Shown here: positions 27,342-39,417 of the stretch, piece by piece
Numbering within the stretch: position 1 is the stretch's first letter
Layout: every line of letters begins with the position of its first letter
Source of the DNA: Kudoa neothunni
Lineage: Eukaryota > Animalia > Cnidaria
DNA: 64,000 bases
Assembly (NCBI GenBank): GCA_964304625.1
Contig: OZ199838.1
Coordinates: forward strand, 4,489,354 to 4,553,353
Direction of reading: 5' to 3'
The notes under the pieces: generated by a model
The model's database searches: none
What the model was told of the DNA's origin: nothing
The model's input: only the letters and a program-made list of their open reading frames with translations
Position numbers and translations under genes: made by a program

Positions 27342-27447
27342 TGTTATGGCTAATAGATAGCGCGGACAGGGATTAGGATCATTATTAGTACTGGTATCAC
27401 GTTGGAGTTTCAAATATTGTTTCTATTCGCGTTGCTCATACCTCACA
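27342..27447. mobile_element. 106-bp solo LTR-like insertion
   Basis: TGTTATGG...CCTCACA flanked by a 5-bp TSD AAATC (27337-41 and 27448-52). Removing it restores the piggyBac frame RKNKKEI-LSTHLPSK. Confidence 0.75.
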
Positions 27448-29939
27448 AAATCCTCTCCACTCATTTACCATCAAAAACACCTGGGCAATTTACATCAAAA
27501 TTTTCGTTTACAGAAAATCTTACATAATTATCCTATTTACCTAAAAAGAATAAACCCATGCTTATTCTAAGTTCATTTTCTCACAAGTCCATTATCGGTA
27601 CGAAGCATCCAAACAAGTTTCCTGAGATGATTAATTTTTACAACTCCACTAAAGGAGGAGGTGACACGATAGTTCAAATGTGTGCCAGTTATTTTTCACA
27701 CTTTATTAGATTTTACTTCTATTGATTCATACATTATATATGGTTTCAAAAAAATATAAAAGTGCGAAGGAAAGATTTCTTTAAGACTTTAGCGATGCAA
27801 TTGTTACAACCGCAAATTGAAAATAAAAATAATCAATGTGATTAATTCAAAAGAAATCTATCACAGATATTCAAAAAAATAATATTTTAGATTTAATGTC
27901 ACGTTCAACAAATAAAAAAAGATGTTATACTTGCACTCGTCAAAACGATAAAAAGGCCAAATCGACTTGTACTTTATGCTCAAATTATATTTTCAAGCAA
28001 AATTCAAACATTATTTGTAATAACTGCCTTAAAAATAAATAATTTATGTGTGTGCTTTAACTAGTTCATTTTTCTGAATGGCGTCTATTGGACCCCATGC
28101 ATGCAATTACGTAAAGTTTTTTGCGCGTGCCACGAAGGATTAAATATAGCGGGTTATAAAAAATAAACTTTACAGATAAACTATAAATAGGAGGTGCCGG
28201 GATTAAAAATGGACAAGGCGCAAGCGTAGTTGCCTGTTTGGATTAAAAACTTCCATGTCAATAGCCAGTACCATTTTTTAATACATGTAATTCTAATATT
28301 ATATAATTTTTAAAATGATTTAATGTTATTATTACTCGCTTCGAATAATTTATAAGTATAATTAGTACGAAAAAACGAAAAATAAAAAGTCAGTTGAGGA
28401 TCGGTCGTACGTATCTTTTTGCTTTGACTCCGTGATTAAATTAGGCGTTTTCCTTCTTTTTTTACCACGATTAAACAACTAGTAAGTTTTTACAGTTACA
28501 TCAATGTGACATCTAATAAAAAATGAAGGTTAAATATGGGTACATGTAAATATACAATAATGTGGCTTATAATCGTGTTCCCCCAAATTTATGGTGATTA
28601 CAATGGCGCAATGGCAGTCCTTCTCCAATAATTCAGAAACGAATGATTATTTTATGGATCAAAAATTGGGCCTTTCAGATATGGCCTTATTTTATTTAGA
28701 AGGGCAATTATTTTAAACATCATGGCTCAAAAAGGTGGGAGTTAATGTCCGATTCTATTCCAGATGTTTATTCATTTTTAAATCGTAATTTAAATCAAAC
28801 AAATAATTGTTTTTTCATCAATATTTAAATTATAGTTAGTTTTGTGTTTTAATATTTTTTGTGACCTTGCGCAAACGAGTACGTACAATTTACTCATTCC
28901 CAAGAGGATTACGTCGACCGACCCATTATAATATCACCTGAATATTATTTACCATGCCGATAACCACTTCTTTAGAATTACATTAAAATAATCAAAATTT
29001 ATTTGGATTGGACGGATAATAACGTTGATTAGAATTTCGATACTTCACTATCGACTGCTGGTTACGTTGGACGATGAAGTTACTAAATTTTAGTACGATT
29101 TTCAAAAAATTTTGCTGCAGATTAAAGATCAGTGGATAGCGGGGGAATAACCATAATTCAATTGTATCGAGGTTATCCGACCCGAAGTCACTGGCTATTG
29201 CTACGGATCCGTATAATCCGCATGCGGGGGTTGTCTATTGCTACGGGAGGGAATAACTCCAAATCTACAAACTCACATAAAATTTGAAATTTCTAATATT
29301 GTGACTATAAATTTCGTGTTTTACGTTTTGATATGAGTAATGTTAAATAAATATTTTAATTTTTTACTAATAAAGGTTTCTTTAACTAAAAGAGAAAATA
29401 CCAGACGTTGTTTTTTATGTATAAAACGTCCAACCTATTACTTCTGATTGTACCTAATCTGTTTAATCTGGCGCAGCTAATGTAATCAGTTAAAATGTGC
29501 TCAACTAGATTTTTATAAAATGAGATAATTGTATTTGTTGTATATATATTTGATTTATAGATTATATTTATATGTATTATTACATATCTACAAAGTATAT
29601 TCAATATTACCGTTATTCATAGAAAACGATTAGAACATTCTATATAGTGAATTCAGTAAATATATTTAAAGTAATGCTTAATTTTATAGTTAAAATCAAT
29701 ATAAAAGCTTACTGTGTGCAATTAAATAGCGGTGAGCATAATTCATCTTCTTAAATGTTATTGTTACAAATATAGATAAATTATTAGTTTTAATAACATT
29801 AAAACCTAAAAAAACTTAAATTTTACGGTAATGCGTTAACTGAAATTAACGTCCACAATAGAAGGAAACACGTTTTGTATTCTTGAATACGGTAACCTGT
29901 GTGCGAATCAAAGTTTTCATTGTAGCGTCATTTGTACGA

Positions 29940-30960
29940 TGGAATCCTCTCCTGGATTGAGAGTTGACTTATATAACTCATTATATAGTCATATTAATCG
30001 TTATGAACATCTTTTTTCCAACAAATTAAAAATGATGGAATTGCGGAAAATACAAAATTCCCAATATAAAATTCTATAATATTTTAATGAACCTTTAATT
30101 TACTACAAAATAAGGTTTGTATTGTTTTCGACTCTATATATAAAAAAAGAAAGCTTAAAGGTAACAAAAATCGTCAACATACAGAGGTAACTGCCTCTCT
30201 AGCATTACTTTTTGAGTTAGTAACGATATGGAAAATAATTCATAATCATATTTTGAAATGAGATACACGATCGTCTTTGTAATGCTTTGATATACAAATT
30301 TCTACCTCATCAACGAAAAGACGATTTCTCGAATAATCATCTTTATGAATTAATATCACTTGGATTTAATAAAAATCGGATACAAAAAATGTTAAGCTAT
30401 GAAACAAATAAAAATATCACAGTGAAATCCCTACACAATTTGAAAACAAGAGGGATAACCAACATGGATGTATTTACGACTATCAGTATGTCAACTCACA
30501 AGTTTAATTGTGATGTTAAAACTAAAAAGAAAACAATGTTGTTACTTGATTATTTTTGGTTGATCATCTAATGCGACTTACTCTACAATCTCGTTGGAAA
30601 TTTGTGTTAACGAAGGCAATACATAAACTTTCGAACTCGCATTGATTGTAAAATCAAATATTTTAGATAAATTCCACGATTGGTATTCTTATTAGTGCAC
30701 CCTTGTATTTAACTGTTGCTAACGATCCTATTTGAGAATTTCGCATAACTTATGCGTGCATTTTTCATGAAAAAAATCATGCAGGCATTTATGGCTTCTT
30801 GACATAAATTTTAGAATGCTCCCCTATTTTGAATGAAAAATTATGTATCGTTGTTGCGGTTGAGAATATAGAGTAAGGGAATTTTTGGGAATTGTCTCTT
30901 CAAATACCCATTTTTAACAGTAAACTTCGTGTAATACAAATATTTCAAAGGAAGTTAATA
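29940..30960 (+). pseudogene. MULE/FAR1-ZSWIM-like transposase remnant
   Basis: Fragments HNHIL...YKFLPHQRK and ITVKSLHNLK resemble the N-terminus of MULE-type transposases. Many stops; ends not found. Confidence 0.4.
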
Positions 30961-33020
30961 CCAAATAACAACTGATACTTGAAATAAATTCATTAAAATG
31001 TTACCAAATATTAGTTCGGGCTATCATTCCCACTGAGAGTGAAAGCAATCGGATGACCTAAACAACGTAGGCTAACAGCCATTTCTTTTTCTAGAAAAAA
31101 CATGAAAAAATAATATACTAACTATTTAACTTACTAACTGTTTATTAAAAAAGTTTGATTTGAACACAACAATTGTATCATAATCAGTCTAATACAATAT
31201 TTCTAACTCATGCGCTTAATACTTTTCGTAAACTAATAATTTACTATCTAACTGTTTTAAATTTTCAAATTATATAAATATGCCGCCTATCTAATATAAG
31301 TGAGCAGTTGCCACAAAATTAAAAACGTTTCTTGGCGCACGCTCATATCAGCAGAAGCCAAAATTGTTTAGTTCATTTGAGTATTATCCTTATTAGCTGA
31401 TTTTACGCAAGCAATTTTGCATATTGATTTTATCAAACGTTAAAAAGATGAGCTAAAGCTATTTTTTAATCCAAAACTCCTTACAATAATGTTGTATTTT
31501 TCAATAGCTCAAATTTTCTCCAAAACGGTTAATTATGTTAGGCCAAAAATCATTGATTACAAATATAAATTTCAAATTTTATGTGAGTTTGTAGATTTGG
31601 AGTTATTCACTCCCGTAGCAATAGCCACTGCCTTATCCGAATTATGCATACACACGGTGGAGAGTGTGAACAATAAAAATCACCTATTTGGGTTGTTCTT
31701 GTTCAATGGTTTATATCTAAATATGATAAATGAAATAATCTCATATATATATATATATATATAACATTAATTACATGTCCTTATAGTTATACTTAAAATG
31801 CAATGAGCGGTATGTAATAGTATTCTGAATATTAAGCGTCTCGTCAACTTGAACTTAAGATGAAAATTTTATAGAGTTTAGAGCATTTAAAACTTCCTAA
31901 GACAGGTTTTTGGAGACGTAAGCCAGGATCCCTAATTAATGTGCGCGCAATTTTAACGGGCATAGCAGGGAAAAAGCTACTTTGAGTTAAATATCTGCTC
32001 AAAAATATGTAATATTTTTGCACAGTCGATTAAATTTTGCAACGAAAAACCTCAAATCCTCCCCTATTGTCAATATTTGCTTGTCGAGTAATGCAATTTA
32101 AACACAACATTGAATACGAACCGGTTCACGAACCCATTGATAGATTGATCGAAGAGTTACGGAAATCCAGACAAATCAATATTTTCTAAACGCCAGCGCA
32201 TAATATAAGCTTCGTTATTGAATATAAATCTTATATTCAATAAAATCAAACTAAATATCACAGCAAATTAGCATCTCTTCAAATAAAACCACAATTATTA
32301 CCTAAATTACCATGTATTTCTCTGTTAATATACAGATGAACAGTAATTTAAAATAGAATATGCGCGCTGAGTAATACAAAGCAAAACCAATGGAAAGTAT
32401 GAAATGATTATCATGTTCATCGCACCAAAAAATAACGAAGGAATATTGTGTGGAGATAATATATTCAATATGAATATGTTGGTATAATTCCCATATTTTA
32501 TTAGTAACTCTCTTTGGATTATATGAGGTTGATTGTGAGTGTTGTTGATCAATAGCACTCAGAATTTCAATACATTTTATAACAATAATATTAATCCGCT
32601 TAAATTACTTAATGTGATCAATAGTGCTAATACTTTTAATACTAATAATTTTAAATATTTTTTATTTAGTCGGTAGTTCGTTGGCAATGTTTGCATGTGA
32701 AAACCATATCCCTTATCCAAACAATCCCAAGTTTGGTGTAATTTGCGTGGGTAGGTGTTTGAAATAACAACCAATACGTGTTAGCACACTTCTAACACAG
32801 TAATCGATACAGCTATTTCTATATAGCCCTAAATTTATCCACATTGAAAAATTATTGAACTAATTGACACATTTAAACAACTCAATAAGCCTACATAACA
32901 TTTTAATACGAATGTAGTGCGCATGCACAGTTGAAAGTGCGTTATCTAATGGTTCATTAGGATTAGGGATCCTTAATTTTGAATAGAAATACATCTCTCC
33001 ATTAGAGAAACACACAAGAT

Positions 33021-36000
33021 ATGAGTAACAATGTAGATGACAATAGAAACAAACTGAAAAAGCCTGTTACTAATACCGGATTTTTTTCCCTGACTCTACC
33101 GGCAGCATTTCAAAGAGTATTTAAAAAACAATCACCAACTAAAGAAAATTTGGATGGGAGCCAAAACACATATGGAGATGACAATAACAATGTTCCGATC
33201 GACTCAAATGGTAATGTATCGGCAGCTGATGATCCCACACAAGAGATGATCTCTTCATCAAACAACACAGTTGATGGCGGTGATGTGGTCAACAATGATT
33301 ATGAATATGATAACAGTTTGATTACATCAACTAGTGCCTATGGGGATTCTGAAAAATTAATCGGTGAATCCACATCTCCTGAATTAGAACCAGATTCTCA
33401 GATTAACAACGAAACATCTAATGAATTGTTATCACCCACAGTACCAACTGTTACCATAAGCCAACTAGAATCTGCTATTGTTGAGCCAAATATTAAAATT
33501 AACTGTTTGCATTATGATGACCAAAAAGTCTCATTGCCGCCACCACCGCCTCCTCCTCTAAAAGGCATACTTTCAAATTCAAGAAATAATGACAGCTTGG
33601 ACAGTAGTCAATTGTCTTCCACGCGTTCGAAAAAAAATGTTTCATTCAATGTGACAGTGTTGTCTGAGCAATATGCACCACCTAGTTTGTTTTATGAAGG
33701 TAATGTATAAAATTTATTGTTAATTTATCGAAACTGATGTAACCACATCTATTCTAATAGAACGATCAAATCAAGTGATCCTGAAACATTATCTGAAAGC
33801 GTGTGAAAAATACAAAGTAAAACCTCTTGACAAAGTTGTTAATCAAATCAACGTAATTTATTGTTTGAACGGACGTAGTCTTTGACTTTTGATAGGAATT
33901 CAACTTGAAATGTGATCGTGAAGTGAAAATTGATTTGAAAGGCTGTCGACTTGACTACAAACATTGCGAATGCTTGGAAGACGTGTTTCGTTATGTACGA
34001 ACCCAGTGGTTGGATATATCGAACACATTCCTTGAAGATGATGGATGCATTTCGATTTGCGAAATGTGCGAATACTACGACACCGCTACACACATCTGTC
34101 TCAGTGGTAACACTAGAATTAGCAATCGTGGTTGGCTGTCAGTTTCACAACTCATCCAAAAAACAACCTGTCTAGAATACCTTGACCTTAGTCGCACTAT
34201 TTTCACCGAACAAATGCTGCATATTCTCGTGAGAGCTTTCCGTACAGTTTCCTCCCTTAAAATATTACATCTTGAAGGTTGTTATCTTAATGGAGCTCGA
34301 TTACAAATTATAAGTACGTTTGTTGTGGGTTGTTTTAGTTTTATGTTGATATTTCATCAAGTGTCTGCTATTTCCGCAAATAAAAATATCCGAGAGTTGT
34401 ATCTCGCCGAAAATAAAATATCGTCCAATGATGCCAATTGTCTGTTTGATTTACTGGTCTCAAATGACAATGTGAAGGTGTTGGATTTGAGAAATAACTC
34501 ATTACAGGTATCTTAGCGTGATTTAATTTAAATTAATAAATTACTCTCTTAATGCGGGCATGAGTGAGTAATCAAATTGTAATGTTATTTTGATATGTAG
34601 TCCTTCTATATATAAACCCTTAAATATGGCTGACTTTGACGTTGAGTTTATAATTTTAATGTAGTGTGCTCGTAGTTTGTATTGCCATTTTAATTTTTAA
34701 AAATACCTTGGAATTGATCTTGCTTTTCTTTGATTGAAAAATATTCCAAAATTCTCTGAGTGAGAGTATTTTTTAGCCTGGAAAAATTTAATCGCCATGG
34801 TGTAATTTTAGTATTGTTAATTATATCTGAACTTTTCTGATTTAGCAGTGCGAGTTTCAAAATATTTTATTGGAGCATATCTTTTAATTAAAAATAGATA
34901 TATAATCTATTTAACATTTAACGGGAGTTTTGGATTAATAATGGCATTAGCGTAATATTGCATAGTATTTAGACTGTGGTTTTTAACTGTAAGAGGATCC
35001 ATTATGGCTCAATACATAGACAGTTTTCTGTGTTTATCTGACGTTTTCACTTGCTCTATTCAAAATCAAGCGTAGTATTATGTTTGTTCTTAATTTCTTA
35101 CTTTTAAGTTTGCTAATAGTTGCCATTGAAATAAGCCAAAAAATTAGTTATTGGTATCATTGTATTTATGCTTGTATAAAGAACAACGAAATTGGCGCGA
35201 TGACATTGGGTAGTTAATTATGAAAAGTTTAAAGATTATTAGTGTCTATGAGACAATTTCTTTAATAATTTAAGGTCAAGTTTACTCCAAGTTAAGGAAT
35301 TACATTGAAGAAATTATTGATAAATAAAAAAATCATCATAAAATGGTAAAAAGTTCAATAAATTATTTGCATGTTGGCATTGTATTTTGGTAGAGGCTAT
35401 TGGCGCCGAAAAATTTAATCATAAAGGACTTGTCCGCTTGCGCAATGAGAATTTTTAATCTCAGCAACTACAACTTACAAGCTGGTTACAGATTTTATTT
35501 TGTAGAATCTGCTATATATATATATATTAAATTATTTACTGCGCCAAAACCACTTCCATGAGTAAAATCAGATAATGCAAACTCATAATGATATATATAT
35601 CCTATTTGAATTTAAATTATATTTGTTGATAAATTTATTTGTATAGAAAAAATATTGTAAAAATGGGATATGTTAATTTTCTCGAATTTAGTAGAGTTTT
35701 TTAAACATTAAATTTTACAATAGCTTGGAATATTTTTTACGACAATGTTCTATATTAATAATAATTCTAATGAAAACATATTTATTTTAACATGTTTTTT
35801 GTTGGATTTTATTAATTCTTCCGATTATTTTTATTATATTTTTACAATTTTTATGCAATTAAAATAAATAAGTTAAATTTTAAATATAATGAATTAAATT
35901 TTTGAATATCGCGGCTCGTGGAGAATCATGTTGAAAAATATTGCACTAGTCTCATTTTTCAACAAGTTATTTATACGATAATATTTAGTCTTTCAGATAA

Positions 36001-37900
36001 TTTATCTACTTTTCATTATTGGTTAAATTAAGTTGAGAGATATTTAATAATAAGAAGAAATTTCGCAGTAATGTTTCGATTGGCAAAATCAACTAATTTT
36101 TATGAGCGGTTTGGGTTGAACAGCATATGTAATGTTGGAGTGCTAACGCTAACACACGTATTGCTGATAACCAGATTTAGTATCATTATCATTATTATCA
36201 ATATCAATACAAGTGTGTTGACTAAACCCAAATAAATTCTAGGACAATGGATTACTAAAGCTGTCACAAGGATTGCTCCAACAGACTGACTCAGGGGTTG
36301 AGGTTCTTCACCTTTGGAACAATAGTATTACATCTAATGGAATCCAAGGTTTTATACACGTATTGGTATGCTATTTGTATGCCACGATAACTAAATATTA
36401 TATGCGGGCTGTTTCATCATTAGAGCTTACATCCATCTTTACACACACTCAACTTGGGTAGGAATAAAATTGGAGACGAAGGAATACTCATCATCAAATT
36501 CAATCTTATCAAAAATAAACATCTTCAACGTTTAGGGTTGTCCAACAATCGGATTACAAATACTGGTAATTATGACGTTGATTTACTGGTTTCTACTTAA
36601 ATCAGACTTCTCGAGCAGTTTTTAATTATTTCATTTGTTTTGTAGGAGCTGTCGCATTGGCTGAGCTTATAGCTGATTCAACAAAACTTTTACGTCTTGA
36701 TCTTCGTGAAAACAACATCGGTCTAGCTGGTCTTATTGCTCTCAGTCAAGCTATGCAGGTGAATTATTCAGTATTCAAGTTGGATTTCAATAGAAATATC
36801 AAAGTGGAACCTGTATATATTGTTAGTTTTTATAACTACGGTCTTATTGATTATTCTTATCTCTTAGGAAATGACCGAACTTGTAGCACGGTTGGTTGAC
36901 GATATACGAATATGTTGCCTTCGAAATCGACAACTGGCCAAGGGTGGCCCACTAGAAGAAATCATCTCGTTGACCAGTGTTCTATCGGATGATCATTCCA
37001 TTACCGAATCACTCAAGACTATACCACCAAACGAATTTCCTTCACCTCAAAAATCAGCTGATGGTACTATGAGTAGTTTCTGGCAGATACTGTCCAAGTT
37101 CACTAAAGCCAAAACTAACACCAACTCTACTATTGCAAATATAATTGCCAAATCTGATAATGACGTTAATGCTGATCAATCAAATACTGCTGTGTCAACT
37201 AGTGAGAGCAATGAAAATATCACCATACCTGCATCCAATGTATGATTTTTCCGCGTGTAGTGATTCCTAATGTTTATTATTGTTTGTTTAGGACAATGAG
37301 CCTTCAGATAGTGTCCCAATAACTAACTCGGAGGATCTTAAAAGTGATAAAATAACGTCAGAAATAATGCTAGATGAAAACGATAATTGTGCCACCAGTT
37401 ATATTACTGAAGACAACTTTAAAATACCACCATCTCTTGATGATATTAACCTTCAAAATAATACAAATGGCTGTGTACAACTTTTAAAGTTTAATGCTGA
37501 CGATAACAAAACACCTCAAAACAAAATTGTGTTGGACTCTGATCATTCGTCCATTCAATCATTACCCATATCTACTCCCAACTCTACAGCAACACGCTTT
37601 AGTAGTGTTAGCAATGGAGGTATTGGGCGATTTTCTATCACTCGTGTTGTTGAAAAATACCACTACAAACCTAACTATCCCATTGGTACCAATCGAGAAG
37701 ATACCTCTTCCACTGATAAATCTTATGAAATACAGCAGCAAGATCTATTCGTTGACAATGATAATGATGATCGTAGCAATGGTGCCGATGATAATATTTA
37801 TATGCAACCACTACGACAACTATCATCCACTTTTATTGATAACCAACCAGAAAATCAAAATTCGATGGACACTTCCATCAGGCAATCATCAGATGAGTAG
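33021..37900 (+). CDS. PPP1R37: Protein phosphatase 1 regulatory subunit 37 (LRRC68) orthologue, 10 exons
   Basis: KNVSF (RVxF-type motif), YLKACEKYKVKPL, IDLKGCRLDYKHCECLEDVF, EYYDTATHI..ISNRGW, RELYLAEN, LDLRNNSL, LHLWNNSIT and LLRLDLRENNI are colinear with the PPP1R37 LRRs as I recall them. Short GT-AG introns plus one ~1.7-kb intron (34508-36242). Confidence 0.92.
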
Positions 37901-38048
37901 TGCAAATTGGATTTGGTTTCTTTCTATTCACTCTATTTGTAAATGTACACTATAACTGATGTCTATTTTTTTATATTGTAGTTCTATATATGATTTTTTT
38001 GAAATGCTTAAATTAACGCAGTTGTCTCTAGTTAGAAATAAAAGATTC

Positions 38049-38072
38049 GGGGGGGGGGGGGGGGGGGGGGGG
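38049..38072 (+). repeat. Poly-G tract (24 nt)
   Basis: Direct read; lies just after an AATAAA downstream of PPP1R37. Confidence 0.9.
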
Positions 38073-38197
38073 CCAATTTACTCATCAATAAGTAGATGAG
38101 TACACAATGCCAGAAAATGTATTAACTCTATAAAATAGACTGTATCCATAACTCCATAACTTGTACGTAGGAGTAGACGTGGAGTGATTTAAAATGA

Positions 38198-38709
38198 GTT
38201 TTTTTGTTTACAAAGTTTCATCCCTGACGCAACTTGTTAGGTTGTGAAGTTCGGGCTGGTCAGGCCTTCTCCATTTACGCTTTAGGCACCGCAGCATCAT
38301 ATTAAGGCGATTTACATATATACGGTGGTGTGGGATGTTAACCCACTAAACATCCTCGTTTCGGAGCAACCACCACCCCAACCATACCCTGGACTAATCC
38401 AAAATTAGTCTGAGAAAGTCGTCTGAATATGGGTGTTGGCTCTACGGAAACCCCCTACTGAGTTGTATTTCGTTCCTGTATTCCCCCGTTTATGAGCGGT
38501 CTAAATCTACCCCTCCGCCAGGCTCCCCTCCCAGCTGCAAGCAAGGCGACGACAAATCCTAGATCCTTACGATTACTACAGACTTCCTACTTAATTCGTA
38601 TTAGGAGTACAGGAACGCCCGGACTAGGCTTTGAACTTGCAACTTCACAGTATTCGACGCGATCTCGACCTAATACCATTATCCCACATTGTCTAGGTTA
38701 TAGGTTATC
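38198..38709 (-). mobile_element. tRNA-headed SINE, subfamily A
   Basis: 12-bp TSD GATTTAAAATGA (38186-97 and 38710-21). B-box-like AGTTCAAAGCC. A-rich tail. Colinear with the copy at 55140-55600. Confidence 0.82.
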
Positions 38710-39417
38710 GATTTAAAATGATGCTCGCTTGAGTATACACCGCATTTAAGGTTCTATATATATATGGCTCAATAACGTTAACTAACAAATGCGAAAACTT
38801 TTTCTCATACAGTCATATCTTATAAAAAAATTATAGACATTTTTCCATGTATTCAGAGATTTTAGTATTTTACAATGATTTAAATAAAAATTACGTATTT
38901 ATAAGAACCCCTTTTCTTGAAAGCTTTCAAAACGATGTTAAATAAATCCAAATACTTGTCACTTGAAATACGAGACGTAAACCGAATATTTTCATGTTAC
39001 TGAAGAAAAAAATATATTCGTTATTCCTTATCGTCAATTTTACAAAAATAATTTATAAGAAATCCCAGAGTCAACAATGTTTTCGCTATTTTTCGTGTTT
39101 TCAAATCACCGCTAAAATACAATACACTTGAACCACCGGATAATGTTCTTAACTTTTATTCCTTTTTTTATGTTATGCATACATTTAAATAAATATTTGC
39201 TGTGCCAACAATTAATTCGCAGCTTACATTGATTGATTTTAATTAATTTTATGATTTGTAATCAATAGAAATTTGTTTTTAAAAGTACTGCAAATGATTG
39301 ATGTTTTACAGAAAAATGTAAAATACTTATTTAATATCGATTAAGTTTTATTTGATAAAAACGAGGACTTGTGATTTTATAAAATTTACTAATTATGCTT
39401 TGAAGTTTCCTCTAAGG

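Larger units (their letters stand above)
23416..28139 (+). mobile_element. Degenerate piggyBac, interrupted by Merlin and LTR-like inserts
   Basis: Ends TTAG|CCCTTTGTCGCAAGC and GCGTGCCACGAAGGA|TTAA. Transposase pieces WCLFITDEIL..FTN, ELKAFVGL, RNITLDNWFT, VGTTRKNKKEI, FYNSTKGGGD, and a C-terminal RCYTC..KSTCTLC...ICNNC. Confidence 0.82.
23103..28545. mobile_element. Unclassified element with ~175-bp TIRs hosting the piggyBac/Merlin nest
   Basis: 23103-23277 (TGTACCTCTGTTTAAACTTCATTTTTTTATTAGATGCCACATTGATGTAACTG...) is inverted at 28374-28545 with high identity. TSD not resolved. Confidence 0.7.

Noticed and set aside
37494-37955. 153-aa overlapping ORF in the last PPP1R37 exon
   Set aside because: Alternative frame of a low-complexity exon with no domain; the same applies to shadow ORFs over ATP13A1 and CASK.
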